A DNA stretch of 64,000 nucleotides from Trichinella spiralis (taxonomy: Eukaryota), in the NCBI RefSeq assembly GCF_000181795.1, contig NW_003526941.1, forward strand, positions 9,972,493-10,036,492, in the 5' to 3' direction. How positions within the stretch are numbered: position 1 is the stretch's first letter; each line of letters opens with the position of its first letter. The notes under the pieces were generated by a model. That model did not search any database. It was not told the DNA's origin and saw nothing but the letters and a program-made list of their open reading frames with translations. The position numbers and the translations under genes are program-made. Below are positions 13,001 through 31,600 of this stretch, in pieces.

Positions 13001-16000
13001 AATAATATATATATATATGTATGTATAGATTGTGTGTGTTTCTTCGTTTTATTCATTTTCAGAACAAGGAAATTCCATATTTCTCCTCATCCTCATCATC
13101 AAGCATTATCACTTGTTAAATGTGCGGAAATAATAATTTTGTTTTTTTTATTTTGAATAGAAATCAGAACATCTTGTGTTGAATTGTTGAAGAATTTCAT
13201 TTCAAATTTACTTTATTTTTAGTGCTTCAACAAAGAATTGCACGAGAAAGAAAATTTCCAAACACACTGGCCGAAAGCAATTTATTGATCATCACTGGCT
13301 TTGGAAAATTTTTTCATTAAGTTGCAACTGAATTATTTATATTCATGATTGGTTTTTAAAAAAATCCACAGGTAATATACGTATATATTTTTTTTCAGCT
13401 TTTGGTCAATTTTTAAAATTACATTTTAAACATCATGTCCACAGTTTTCAATTTACAACACTAGGCAGGAAATTTATAATGACGACCAAGTGAATTTAAT
13501 TTTGTTTTAATACGACAGTTGAGTTGATAATTTCATTTCTGACTGAAGGAAAAAATGATTTTAGTTGTACTTTATTATTTTTTTTATTTTCAATTAATTT
13601 CATTCTTTGCAATTATTGACCAAAGAATAAGGAAATTATTCAAAAAAGACAATGATGATGATGCAACTTTGAGTTGAACATATAGCATAAAAGAATTGAG
13701 GGATAATATTCGTTTAAAAAGAAATATGAAAACGATTTTCTTCGAGCTTTGTTTTTTTTGAAAAATTTCGAATAGAAATAAAAAACGAAAACGATGCTGC
13801 ACGTAGTGAAAAAGAAAGAAATGGCCAAGGAATGTGCAAATGATTATCACTTTGGACAAAATTTATTTCCTCTGCAAACGCCACCACCACAAGCATATCA
13901 TTTTTGCTTAAGGCTGTTGACCCAGTTGCAATTTTTCATCAAGCTTTCTTTCTTTCTTTCTTTTTTTCTTCTCCAACATTCGACTTTTCCAGTCACAATC
14001 ACTTATACCATCAATGCGTCAAATGTCTGCATATAACCAGTAGACTGACTGATAAGCGAGAGAGAGAGAGTGAAAGAGCAAAAAAAAAAGCTTTCAACGA
14101 AGTCAATCAAAAATATTCATCGATAAAATTAGCAGTTCAAACGAACCAAGCTGTTCATTCATTGAGGAAACTGCTTTTTTCTTCTTTTTTTTGGAAAATA
14201 TTTTATGACAAGCTATATATATATATATATATAATAATGGTTTTCATTATTTAAATTTAAATGAAAATTTACTTGAAATGGTCAATATGATGCGATATGT
14301 TTTACTGCTTGGCAAGAGAAGTACTTCTCTCTGTTTTTGATGAGAATTTATTTAGTACATGAAAACTTCACATTAACATTTAAAAACCAATAATACATTT
14401 TTTTCATTATTATTATCAAAAATCAACTCGAACTCGTATTATTATTATTATTACATATGAATGTAATTGCTACTTTGAGATATAATTAATTATTTCCTTT
14501 TATGCATGAATTTGCAAGTACATTGTCTCACGGGCTGTTCAAATCAGTGAACAAATACAAGAATTGAGCGCAGTACATTTGCACATAGAAAAAAAAGCAA
14601 ACATTTGACAAGTCAAATAACTTTATTGACATAAGTAACAGGCGCCAGTAAGCAAATGATGGCGAAGAGAATTTTTTTTCCTCTTCTCCTCTTGATCGCT
14701 TTCTTCTGAATTGTCAAGAATATGTTCGATCAGCCTATTTTTAATCACCATCACAACTTGACTGGAGCATGAAGCATGATGACAAATCTGCACGCATACA
14801 AGAAGAAGAAGAAGAAGAGAAAAAATTGTCCAACCGCTCTGGTTTTCCTTCTCACCTTTCCTTCCAGCCCAGCATCACATCAGTATAAACGACAAGTTGG
14901 CATCAATTTTTGCTGTTGTCTGGCTTTTATCAGCATTAGTACTGATAAAATTGCAAAAACTCTCTGCGAAACTGTCAACTTCTGTTTTTTTATCTGTACT
15001 TCTTATAGTCTACTATTGAAATTCACTAGAAACACTTCTACTGCTTCACTTCCTTGTTCCAATTGTTCTGAGAAAAAGTTTCGATTTTCATCCAGCCCCT
15101 TATGTTCATTTTTGTATGAAATGGCCAGTTGTGTTGTTCTTTTGGATCAATTTTCCCCAAAAGCGCCAATCAATTTATGCACAATTTTTATGGTGATGCA
15201 ATTTTTCTTTTTTCTTCTCTTTGTTCAAATAACGATAAATTTGGAAAATTACTCGATGAAGTGAAATATTTTGAATATTTAAATTTCCACTTTAATTAAT
15301 TGCACATTTTCCAAAGCTTTTTTATGAATATGTTTACTGTAAAAGGGATTTACTTGCTTGTCATTAATTGACTACCAGATACGGTAAATGCTGAAAGCCA
15401 CTCGATTCAGTTGCTGCTGCATTTAGTGCAGAAACCAGCCGCCTGTGCCCCAGTGGACATCTGTGGTGCTTTTGTAAAGCATTGTGGAATTCTTTTTTTC
15501 GTAAATATAAATTTACAAAATGACTACTCAATTTGATCAACTCTTGACATGCGTGGGCATAGTGGTGACGACAAATTGCGCTATTTTAATTTCGAATTGG
15601 CGGATTGGTTGCGGCTGTCTGTTTTTTGTTTCTCTTATTTTCTTCTTGGGCATCTCAGCACATCTGCCTTTTTACAGCCGTTGGATATGAATCGGCATCC
15701 ATATTTTTTCTGTAATGGTTATAATTTTATTTATTTAAAACTTTTAATTTGCTGTTTGATCATTTTTGGTTGGTCGGCTAATAATTGGTCGTTGACGAGT
15801 TCGTGTTCGCGGAAGATGCGCCCAATCGAAACATTGCAACTCGATTTTGCTCATCCATGCGAACTGCTGCTTTGCGCGTTTCTTTCTTCTTCTTTTTTAT
15901 TAATTCCGTTGATTTTTCTTCCATTTTACTTTACCTACTTTTCAATAGTTGCATCTTTTGCTTTGTTTTAATTTTACGTATGTTCAAACCATTTTTCAAT

Positions 16001-16123
16001 AATGATATGAAATCGACTACTTTTTTTTATTTAGAATGATTAGGCATAGCTGACCTCTACCGCGACCAAGTTCAGCCTGCGTCCTCCTCGTTTTTGTTCG
16101 TTTGTTGTTGTCAGGGCGCGCCG

Positions 16124-20931
<4,808 letters not shown>

Positions 20932-21804
20932 CAGCCTCTAAGTTTTCTTTATACAACAACCCATTCAAAAATTATTTCATTTCTCTTATTAGTATTATTT
21001 ATTTTATTTTATTTTATTTTATTTTTCGATATTAATATTCTGAAATTATGCGGTTTCACAAAAGTACAACGCGTTATCATCAATCATACATACATATATC
21101 AATAATCTCGCTTGCCGTTCGGTTTTTTTTCATATTTTTGAACGGTAAGTAGTATTATGATCTGCCACTTTTTTTTGAATTGTTATTCTATTTGTTTCTT
21201 TTTTCTTTCTTTATCAGTCAAGAAGCAGCTAGTTTGCGATTCAATTGGCTTAGGATTTTTGGAATTGTTTTTTTTTTCATCCTCATTTTTCCCAATTCCG
21301 CCTTCACTATTTGTTGTCGGCTTTTCCTGAACATCATCATCCATCAACTGAACAATTTTTTTTGTTGCCATCATGCGATTAATGCTTTTTATTTTTTCAT
21401 CTTCACTGTTGGCATTTTCGTTGAACGTTACTGTTGCACAGTTGCCCTATATATTAATTTTTTTGTAACGCTTTTTACGTCTGTATTTCTTCTTATTCAT
21501 GGTTTCATCGTAATCCATATTTTTTTCCAAATACAAAATAATAGGAACATACTATTATTAATGTACAGTACACTTGAAACATCCATCCAAGACAACAAGT
21601 ACGTACATTGTTTATCAGTTTATTTCAGTCACTGAAACGAGCAGTTTTATACATCATAGTTGTAGTAGTAAACGTTGCGCTATTTGTAGTACGGGCTATT
21701 GTATACGACACTGTGTGTGAAAATTAGGAACACACGCGCGCACACAAGGCAACGCACTAGTCAGCATTATTTATTTAAAAAAAACGGACCTAAACTTCTT
21801 ACCC

Positions 21805-21992
21805 CGTTTTTTCACTGGTTGTTGGCAGCGCGTTATCTTATTGGTCGCTCGTATCGTCGTTCTCTTCAGGACCCGTCTCGACTGATTGATCGTGTTGTCG
21901 CTTCAGCTAGCAGTCCCGACAATTAAAACCAATCAGACAACGCGACACGAACGTCCAATAAGATAACACTATCAACAGCCAATAAGAAAACG
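21805..21992. repeat. Imperfect nested inverted repeat (foldback hairpin), about 190 nt
   Basis: Perfect core GTTATCTTATTGG (21832-21844) pairs with CCAATAAGATAAC (21955-21967). Arms extend to about 60 nt with mostly transition mismatches. Inner stems CTGATTG/CAATCAG and TTGTCG/CGACAA. Confidence 0.88.
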
Positions 21993-22289
21993 CTTTGAAA
22001 ATTTAGCTCACGTTGGACCAAACCCCAATTTAAAATAATGGTAATAAACCTTTTATATCACCAGTCGGTCGTTTGTTCTGTAGCATCATGCGTAAACTGT
22101 ATATTCTGAGCTAAGCATATAAACTACACGCTTTAAAACAGTGTGCGATTTCTTATTTCTCGAAAACAAGATGTTAAAAACAAATGCACAACAAGAACAA
22201 TAACAAGAAATACATACTTATAACACAATATATTCATTTCTAAACGCGCATTTTGTAAAATTTGAATATTTCAAATGGCATCAGCATCA

Positions 22290-24306
22290 TCATCTTCCTA
22301 GCTCTTCTTCAACCGACTGATGCCGTTTATCGTCACCATTGGCTGTCAGCAAAATGGTTAAAGTGTTACTGTCTTCATCAGCTTCATCACCAATGAAGCT
22401 CTTGTTCGGTGATTCTGCTAAGGAGTCAATATTTTTCAGACTACTTACTGATGTAGTCGGCAATTGTCCATCATTTTCTTCTTCTACTAAACATGCAGCA
22501 GTAGTTTCATGTTCATGTTTTCTTGGAGAACGTGGACTACCTGATGGACTATAAATTGAACAATTAATTTCAGTAAATGAACAATGAAAACAGTACAGAA
22601 TGAATATAGCGTATTGTAAATTGTGAAATAGGTGTACCTAGAACTGTTGGATAATGCGTGCGGCATCAGCTTGCTTGAAAATTTTCTCAGTTTGAACGAA
22701 GCTTTCGTAATCAAACCAGGACTACGCTGAATATGAACTTGAACAGCCGGCGAACAGGCAGTATAAATACCAATCAAATTATCCAATGTCATACCAGAAT
22801 TTTTGTACGTTTCCAGTGAATTCAAAATTGCATTTGTTACCTTGAACATTAAATAAGAAGAAAAAACAATTATGCAAACGAGGGGAAACAGAAAAATTCA
22901 AATTATTATTTACCAAAAGTACATCAGTATATAATTCATATTTTGCCCGTAAATGTATACTTTCGATGGCTAATAAAGCACTGACGCAAGCATTGCCAAA
23001 CATTGCATGCTGCAAGCCATTGATCGCTTCGACTAAGAAATAGGAGCTAAGTAAAATTCGAGGTGCGTTGGGTCGTTCTTCCATGAAATGATGCAAATGT
23101 TGTTCTTGGCGACGTAAACTCGGTCCCACGAAAGATTTTAACACATCCAACGTTTCAAATTGAAAACCTGATCGGCATATACTGAAAATGAAGATAAACG
23201 GAAATTGAAATAAAATAAAATACAATAATCAATGAACAAGGATCATCCTAATGCACTATTCTATATGCTTATTACCTGTAACACATCGCACAGTATGATT
23301 CAATGCTCATCAAACTAAATTTATCCATCAAGCTGTTATAGGTTTTCAATAAATTGGTAAGAAGTAAAAATCTGAAACAATTAATTAATTTCTTATAACA
23401 AGTCTACTGTTTGATTATAATTTATTAAATCGTAACCGATTGCTAGCATTGATTGATGAATAAGCCAAATGAGGACCAATTTGACAGTGATGTACACCTT
23501 CAGTATTCAAGCTAAATACATTTTTTTCCGTCATTCCTTCCAAAGTCACCACGTTTGACGGCTAAAGGAATGATATGAAAACTTCATTTAAATTTCAAAG
23601 CAACTCACATCTCGATTAAATACAGACGACTGTGTAGCAGGCGCCAAACGAATTACCTCTTTCTTCAAACTACCATCCGCATTTTGCAACTCCTATTTAA
23701 AATGACATTTTTTACAACAACAACAACAATAATAATAAATTAATTAAATAATATCAAAACATTGTAAATCATACACAATTGTAAATTGTGATCAGCAAAG
23801 TGCCTACAGCTAGAGAAACGTTGCTCGAACCGGAGCATCTTGACAGCAAATAACATTCTATTAAAGATGGCAAAAATTCGAAACAAAAATCGCGCCACAT
23901 TTGACCTTTGTGATAAAAATCCAGCAATTCGCTGCATATTGAAATTGTCTCCTTAAAATCAACGCAATAATTGTCAAAAATAATCAAGTTTTATTTTTAG
24001 AATTATTTTCACCTCATTGGCGTGATCTTGAAAATTGCGCAACAAATTTATTATTCTCTCTTGCAGTTGAACCGACGACGGCTTCGTTTCGGCGTCACGA
24101 AGTTTTTCCTGAAAAAATTATAAAATTATTAAAATTTTTTATGTCTTGTTCACTCAGCTTTCTAATCATACTGTAGCAAAATGTAGAAAACCCAATCAAA
24201 ATCAAAAACTGACCTTGTAATCTTCGAGTAATGTAAACAATTCATTGTTTTTCATGTCGCTTCCATCAGCATGGATCAATTCATCCCTTTCTGAAGCATT
24301 CTTCAT
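22290..24306 (-). CDS. FAM126: Hyccin / FAM126 family protein (PI4KIII-alpha complex subunit), multi-exon
   Basis: ICSELLDFYHKG...FCFEFLPSLIECYL, TLLITIYN, RILLSSYFLVEAINGL...IHLRAKYELYTDVLLVTNAILNSL and ITKASFK match recalled hyccin blocks. ATG 24306, TGA 22292-22290. Confidence 0.88.
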
Positions 24307-24566
24307 GAAATTTAAAAATTAAAATTTTCAATTAAAAAAAAAAGAAAAAAAGACGTCATGATCAATCAGTTATGAATCAGTACGCTATGAACAGCTTCGA
24401 AATCGACAGCTAAAAACTGAGAACAAAAAAACAGCATTGCACATGTGAATTACATTTTTAATATGCCAATTTTCAGCAAGAAAGCGAACACCGGAACCAG
24501 TGTAAATGTAATTTGCAAAGAAAAGGAAAAACAGAACTCAAATCTCCAAGCAGACCGACCGTTGAA

Positions 24567-26212
24567 TCAGTGGACGTAGAATCGATGTGGAACAAACGGC
24601 ATCTTCGCCACTGAAACATCGGTGAATTGTTTTCTTCTGTTTCCAGAACAGTCCACCTTCAACTGGGTGCCAACTTTAGTATATTCAGATTTCACATAGC
24701 CCATGGCAACATTCTCTTTCAAAACTGGAGAAGGACATCCGCTGGTCACTTTACCTATCACCACATCGCCATTTGGAATCAAAATATCATAATTACCTGT
24801 TGATAAAGAAGAAAAAGAATGTCGAATTTTAAACTTTGATAATTTTTCATAATCATCATTGTCAAATTTTAATCTACACATAAAAGCCTACCACGAGGTG
24901 GACGACCGCTCGTAGAAATCATCCCAACTCGCTTTTTACTTATATTCTTCTCTTTACTTTTGAGCTGTTTCATTATAATATCTGCACCGGGAAAGTCAGC
25001 CATTTCTCGACGTCTCCGCGCTAAATCAAGTTAACAATACAATAAATAAAAAGTTTAATCAAAAACGATAAGGAAAACATACCAATGAGCCATGATAAGC
25101 CTGCTTCAACTGGCGTAGTGGTTTCGTCCATATCAGTGCCATAAAGACACATGGCCGCTTCCAAACGCAATGAATCTCTGGCACCAAGACCGGCCAATTT
25201 AACCGGCGCATGGGTGGAATTTAGAATCTTCTCACAAAGCTCAACTGCTCGATCGGAGTCGATGGAAATTTCCACACCATCCTCACCTGTATATCCGCAT
25301 CGAGATAGTCGGCAATTGGGAATGTCAAAAACACTGGTCACTACACTGCTCATGAAAATCAAACATCTCATGTCGTATTTCACGCCCGCTTGGACAACCT
25401 TGATCATTTCAGGACCTGTTGATTAAATCGGAAACGCCCTTTGAAAAATTCAAAAACACCATCCATCAAACCTTGCACTGCAATTAGCGCTCGATTGTTC
25501 AAATGTTCAACAGTCACATCTCGACCATCTTTCTTGAAATTCTCCAATTCCAACTATATATTATAATAATAATAATTATTATTATTTAAAATTTTATTCT
25601 AATATCTAACAAAAATATCAATAAATTTAACAACCTTCATGTGCGCAATATCTTTATCAGTGCAGGCTGCATTGGATACGAGGAATAAATGATCGTCATC
25701 TTTTGTTATGATCAAATCATCTTTAATGCCACCATTGTCATTTGTGAACACTGTCAACACACTGCGATGCTCTTTCAACCCTTGCACATCGGCTACAGTC
25801 AACTTTTCAATAAAAGCAATTCTAAGAAATAGAAAAAGACAATTTAGATCGAAATTGAAATTAAATTTAAATAAAATTATTCTTCCATGCCTATCTTCTC
25901 CAAAGATTCTTGTCTGCAACATGTGCGACACGTCAAAAATGCTGCAATGATTTCGTGTGTGCAAATGCGACTCGCCAACCGATTGATCAGCATAACTAAC
26001 TGGCATTAACCAGCCGCCAAATTCAACCATCTTTGCTCGATGAGCTTGGTGAAAATCGAATAAGCACGTTTTTTTCGGCAAACCCTGTATTCAATTATGA
26101 TAAATAAACAATTAATCAATTCTTTAAAACACAATACCACCTGCGATGCATTGCGTCGAAAGGAATTTTTTAACAAGGCACGTGATTGGAGAGAAATTGT
26201 CAATGGCCTCAT
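24567..26212 (-). CDS. AMT: Aminomethyltransferase (glycine cleavage system T protein), mitochondrial
   Basis: Arg-rich presequence [82 protein letters not shown]. One intron is GC-AG. Confidence 0.97.
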
Positions 26213-26561
26213 TGAATCAATTTAAAAAATCACCTAAAATAAAATCCACATCCATCTAATTATTATTATCATCATTTTAAACTGATTTCACACAACTACT
26301 TTATACAATAATCAACAGCATACTAGGTGAAATTTAACCTTCAAACGGATTACCAATAAATAAATATGTATACGGTTACTAACTGATAAAATTGCCAAGT
26401 GAATGTAATGTAATACTGTAATAATTTGGAACAGATTTTGGCTGCCAGAATTGATGCAAGATTTTTATTGGTTTAAAATAACTTTCTTATGATTTGCTCA
26501 AATGTAAGCATTTAAATTTTCTTATTTTATTGGATAAATATTTCTTTTCATTTCAATTGGT

Positions 26562-26611
26562 CAAAATCGTTTTCATCTGTTCTGTTTTCAACAAAATCGT
26601 TTTCATCTGTT
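26562..26611. repeat. Direct repeat CAAAATCGTTTTCATCTGTT x2 (30-nt period) in the AMT/DENND4 divergent spacer
   Basis: Identical 20-mers at 26562-26581 and 26592-26611. Confidence 0.85.
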
Positions 26612-27471
26612 TCATCAATATTTAATATCCAGTTCAATAATAAATTAATATCAATATTCATAACTGAAAAATCTGTATTTGATAAAAAGAACATTCAATT
26701 TTTCTTTGCAATTAATAACATAAAACTTCATTTTTAATGTTATTAATAAAGTAAATCAGTATAACCCGTGAAAACACTGTTACTGTTTTCAATTAATAGT
26801 TCCCCATGTATTAAAATAAAATGAAGCAAAAAGAATATTAACTAACGTAAAAATGTTTAAAACTGAATTACATATCAATAAGTTAATAATAATTGATTAG
26901 TTGTCAACCTTTATTCAGAAAACTTTTACCTGCTTACTGTAAAAATCACTCTAAGAACTGTCTAACTAAGGATAAAAATAAAATGATTGCAAATCGTGCA
27001 AAATTCAATGACAAATAACATGTGAACGTTCAAGCAACAAGATACTGTAATACAGCAAATAACAGTATATTCAAGCGCAAATCAAAATATTTGTGTAAAA
27101 TTGCATAAATGAAGAAAAGAATAATATTAAATCACAATAAACTTCAATAAATATATAATTACAATAAATAATATTTGTAATTGTTTTATAACTTTGAACT
27201 TGAATTATTCAGATGTTGTATGTTAAATCACAGTAACCCTGACGACGGAGCCTTGGGGGTTTTAAAAATGTAAACAATGAATTGGCGACAGGTTCACTGA
27301 TAAGTTTGTTCTATTGCAACATTCATGAGTTGAATGCACAGACAGTATATATTCTATGAACTTCATTGTCAACGTGTATGAATAATTGAAGTCATTGGAA
27401 CTGCGAATCTGCACAACATTGCCACCAACGTTCGATCTGAAACTTTTTTTCGACTTTAAAATTTTTATGAA

Positions 27472-28554
27472 ATGCAAGACAGTCGCCGTATTTTTGAATA
27501 TTTTTTGGTTGGTGGTCTTCCAGAAAATCCTGTAGAATTGACTCCAGGAGCTCAGGAATGTGGTTACCGAGACAACGTTACACTGGCACCGATAACAGAC
27601 ATTGCTGTAATATATCCATCTTTGCAAGAGACAGTAAGCTTTTTAAATTTTTAAATATGTAAATTTTTTAAATTACATTGTCTGTTTTATATTTTAAATT
27701 AATTTTAAGTGGATATATTTAGTTTTATCGTTTTATATTATTTCTGACCTTGGGAAGAGTATTGCGCTTTTGTTTACATGGTGAATCATTTTAACGTTGA
27801 AACAATGCTTTTTTGAAAGACAGGTGCAATGAAATCAGGTTGAAATGGTGTAATTTTCTTATGGGCTGATTTGAAAAGATGTTTGCTTTAGAAGGATGAA
27901 AAAGCGCATTTTTCACGAATTTATCAGTCATTTGAATTTGTTCATTATAGATTAATGAAAAGAACTATTTTGAAAATCTACTTTCGCTTTATGCTGATTT
28001 TAAATTATGTGTTCTGATTTTATTATTTTATTCTCTTAATCATGAGAACAAGTAGGAATTTGAATTTTTACAATTCATTCAGCTAACGATCATGATTTTT
28101 TATAGAATAATTATGAATTTTTTACTTGGTGTGCAGTTGCGAATTGTTACTTTACTTTTTCTCTTTTTTAAGCATAGCTTTTCAAAACTGCTTTTCAAAG
28201 GTATTTATAGGTTTATATTAAATTATTATAAAGTATAGCATTTGTTTGAACTTTTATTGTTTTTCAGTTTTTAATTTTGCTATCATTGCTTTCTATTAGG
28301 ACTTTTTCTTAGTTAATTTTGAATATGAAAGAAAGTATTGCTGAAATCGACATGAAAACACAACCATAAATGTATGTAGTGTCCAGTAGTTTCTTTATTT
28401 TAGATGCCCTTTAGAAACTGGCATATTTGCGTTTAACGATATTTTTTCTTGTAAAATTTAAATGTATGATTAGAGCACTGAATTGCTATTTAACAGTCTG
28501 ATCAGTGATACAAATCCGTATAACCTTATCATTGTTTATTTTGAAATGTTTTGC

Positions 28555-28601
<47 letters not shown>

Positions 28602-31600
28602 ACAAGTATTGAATAAAGAATTGTTCTTGCCGATGTATTGCACTTTTAGCCGTATATATAGATAGATGGCTATGATAATGTACAATAAATTAAAAGTTAT
28701 TTTTGTTACAGTATTTATTTGTATAGTAACATGTTATTTTCAGTGTGTATTGTAGTTTGATTATTGCTCAATAAGAGTCTGGTTATTTACTTATAATAAG
28801 AATAAATTTTGCAAAAACCTGTACTGAAAATTACATTGTTCCATTGAAAAATACAACTGTTATAACCTAAATGTTATAAATTACGTTTTGTATCTGAAGG
28901 TTCTACAATGAATGGTTAATGGGAAATGCATTGTGCTGATTCACATTGTTGCATTGAGTTAATAAAATTCAGTCAGTTTTATTATAAAATTTGCATTGAT
29001 TCATTCCATCTTAAAATTTTATTCAAGTGCACTTTTTACATTCGTTATGCATGATAATAATTTTTGTTATAAATGGAAATAAATGATGTATATATATTTG
29101 CATAATATTTATTTATTGGTGATATTAATTAGTTTTTTTTGTTCTGATTTTTTCTTTTTTTATTCTTAAAAATAAAAAAAGATCCCTGATGGATTTGAAT
29201 GTGTTGAAACGACTCCGACTGGTCATCCGGCTGATTTGAACCACGGCTCGTTGCGCAGTCCGTCTTGCTATTTGTGCTACAGACGAGGTTTTCACAAGCC
29301 TCCGATTGTCGACATTGGCATACTGTACGATGGCAAGGGTGACACACTGATGCGTGACAGTTTCGTATTGAAGCAGACACCCAACGGACACATGGCCAAT
29401 TTGAACAACGCCAAAGATGGGATATTTTTAACATACCGTCGGGCGGCGAACAACGCGCCGAGCAATTTGCTTGCGGTCAGCGATATTTGTGTTATTTTAG
29501 CTAACAAGGGCGAAACGGCGCCGCACACGTTTTACAAAATCAACAAAAATTTGAACAAAGGTCTCGTTGGCAGTGATGTTTACGTTTGTTATAAGAAATC
29601 GTTGAGCAACGTCAACCGAATCGCCTATATGCCGGCAATGTTGGATCGTTTTCCGTTGACAGATTTTCCCGACTATCCTTTACCAATGAACGTGCCGATA
29701 TTTTGCCTTCCAATGGGTGCAGTGATCGAATGTTGGCCGACGAAATGTCAGACTCCAGGCGAACAATTCAGCACGTTCATTTTGACCGATCAAAATGGTC
29801 ACAAGCTTTACGGGGCGTCGGTATCTTTTTACGAAGATTACGAAAAACCTCTGACCAATGAACAAATGGAAAAATTGGGTAAATTGCTTGTATTCTTCTT
29901 CTTCTTCTTCTTCTTCTTGTTCAGGGTTGCTGCAGTGCAGTTTTTTGTTCCAGGTTTGAACAGTGAAGGCTGTTATTTGCCGGGAAGTTGTTCGGACAGC
30001 AGTTCTACAAACGATCCGGCCGATCAGATGACATTTCACACCAACAAGTGCATTTGCGTTGTTAGCCGGTATCCATTTTTTTCAGCTTTTCGACGTTACT
30101 TGCTCTTCTTGCACCGCATGTGCATGGGTACGCAGAACGCGTTGCCGGTGGAACGTTATATCAGCTTTTTGATGTTCGAAGTGCCGTTTCCGACATTTCT
30201 TCGTCCGAGGGTGCTGGTCGAACTGGGCAACGAGCGGATCTGTTTCGACAATCCCGAAGATTCACCGTTACCGTTGAGCGGTGCCAATTATTTGGACTTT
30301 TTGAAATTGCTCGGTACCGAAAATTCCATGTATCTAACTTTGCTGGTATTGTTGGAACAAAAAGTACTCGTCCATTCGTTGCGACCATGGTATTTGACCA
30401 GCGTGGCCGAGGCGATCTGTTCGCTGATATTTCCACTTCGCTGGCAATGTCCCTACATACCGCAGTGTCCTCTGGATTTGGCTGGCGTTTTGCATGCCCC
30501 GTTGCCGTTCGTCGCCGGTGTCGACAGTTGCTATTTCGAATTGTACCAAGATCCACCCAAGGATGTCACTTGCGTCGATTTGGATACGAATACCATTTCC
30601 CAGTCCGAAGTGAGGCAACGGTTGCGTTTGTCGTTGTTGCCGCGCAAAGCTGCCAAAACGTTGAAACAGCGTCTCGAAGCGTTGCTCGGCGAAGTGGCCA
30701 GGGTGGATTTCAAAATTAGAAGCACCCACCATTATTTGCCGGTGGATTTGGATTTGAAATTGCGCCAACGACGCAAACGGTTGGAAATTGAAATTCAAGA
30801 AGCATTTTTGCGATTCATGGGCACATTGTTGAAAGATTATCAGAATTTTTTGAGACCGATCCAGTCGGCACCGTCTGTCGGTTCCACGGATTTGCAAGCT
30901 TTGTTCGACGTGGCCGGCTTTTTGCGAAGCCGCGACAAGGCTAGTTTGGAATTTTACAAATTGCTGATGAACACACAATTGTTCATCCGCTTCATCGAAG
31001 AACGTTCGTTTCTCATGGACAAAGATACCAACGCTTATTTGGCATTTTTCGACGACTGCTTGCAAAAGATCGAACACGAGCCGGCTTCATCGTTCGACAC
31101 TTCACGATTGTTGTTGGAATTGGATTCGGATTCGAATGCCGACCATCGAGCAGTACTATTTGCACCGCCCGAATCGCCCACGCAGAACGCCAAAAATGCT
31201 CTCTACTATTGTTACGACAGGAAATTCCCACGCTTGCAACAAGCGTTGTTTCAACTCGGTACACCTGTCGACCAGCGATCTTCTACGGTTCCGCAGTCGC
31301 CGGTTCCACTGATTGCCGTCACACCGGCTGCTAGGCGGACGAAGCAAGAAACGAAATTGGCGTTGGATTTTGCTAAGAAACAGTTGGCGAAACCTTTGTC
31401 TTGGGCTAAATGCTTGCTCGGCTATTCGTACAGTCTCTGGTTTATCCACTTGCCGGCATTCATGCGTGTCACGGTTGATAAAAATAAAGCACTGAAGTAC
31501 ACTTTTTTTTTTATCACATAATTAAATCAGACTGGAATTTCAATTTTTTTCTCTTATTTAATACAGTGCAGCGTATTGCATATTGAAAAGAATGGAAAGT

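Noticed and set aside
8696..16039. Many 60-160 aa Phe/Leu/Ile-rich ORFs
   Set aside because: Low-complexity translations of T-rich non-coding DNA, often from non-ATG starts.
16040..16123. N-terminally extended PTEN isoform analogous to PTEN-L
   Set aside because: The upstream frame is open for only 28 codons and contains a probable acceptor at 16113-16114.
21180..21635. 151-aa hydrophobic ORF after PTEN
   Set aside because: TTG start and T-rich composition typical of a 3' UTR.
28636..28655. TATTGCAC, a miR-92-like seed
   Set aside because: No flanking hairpin arm.
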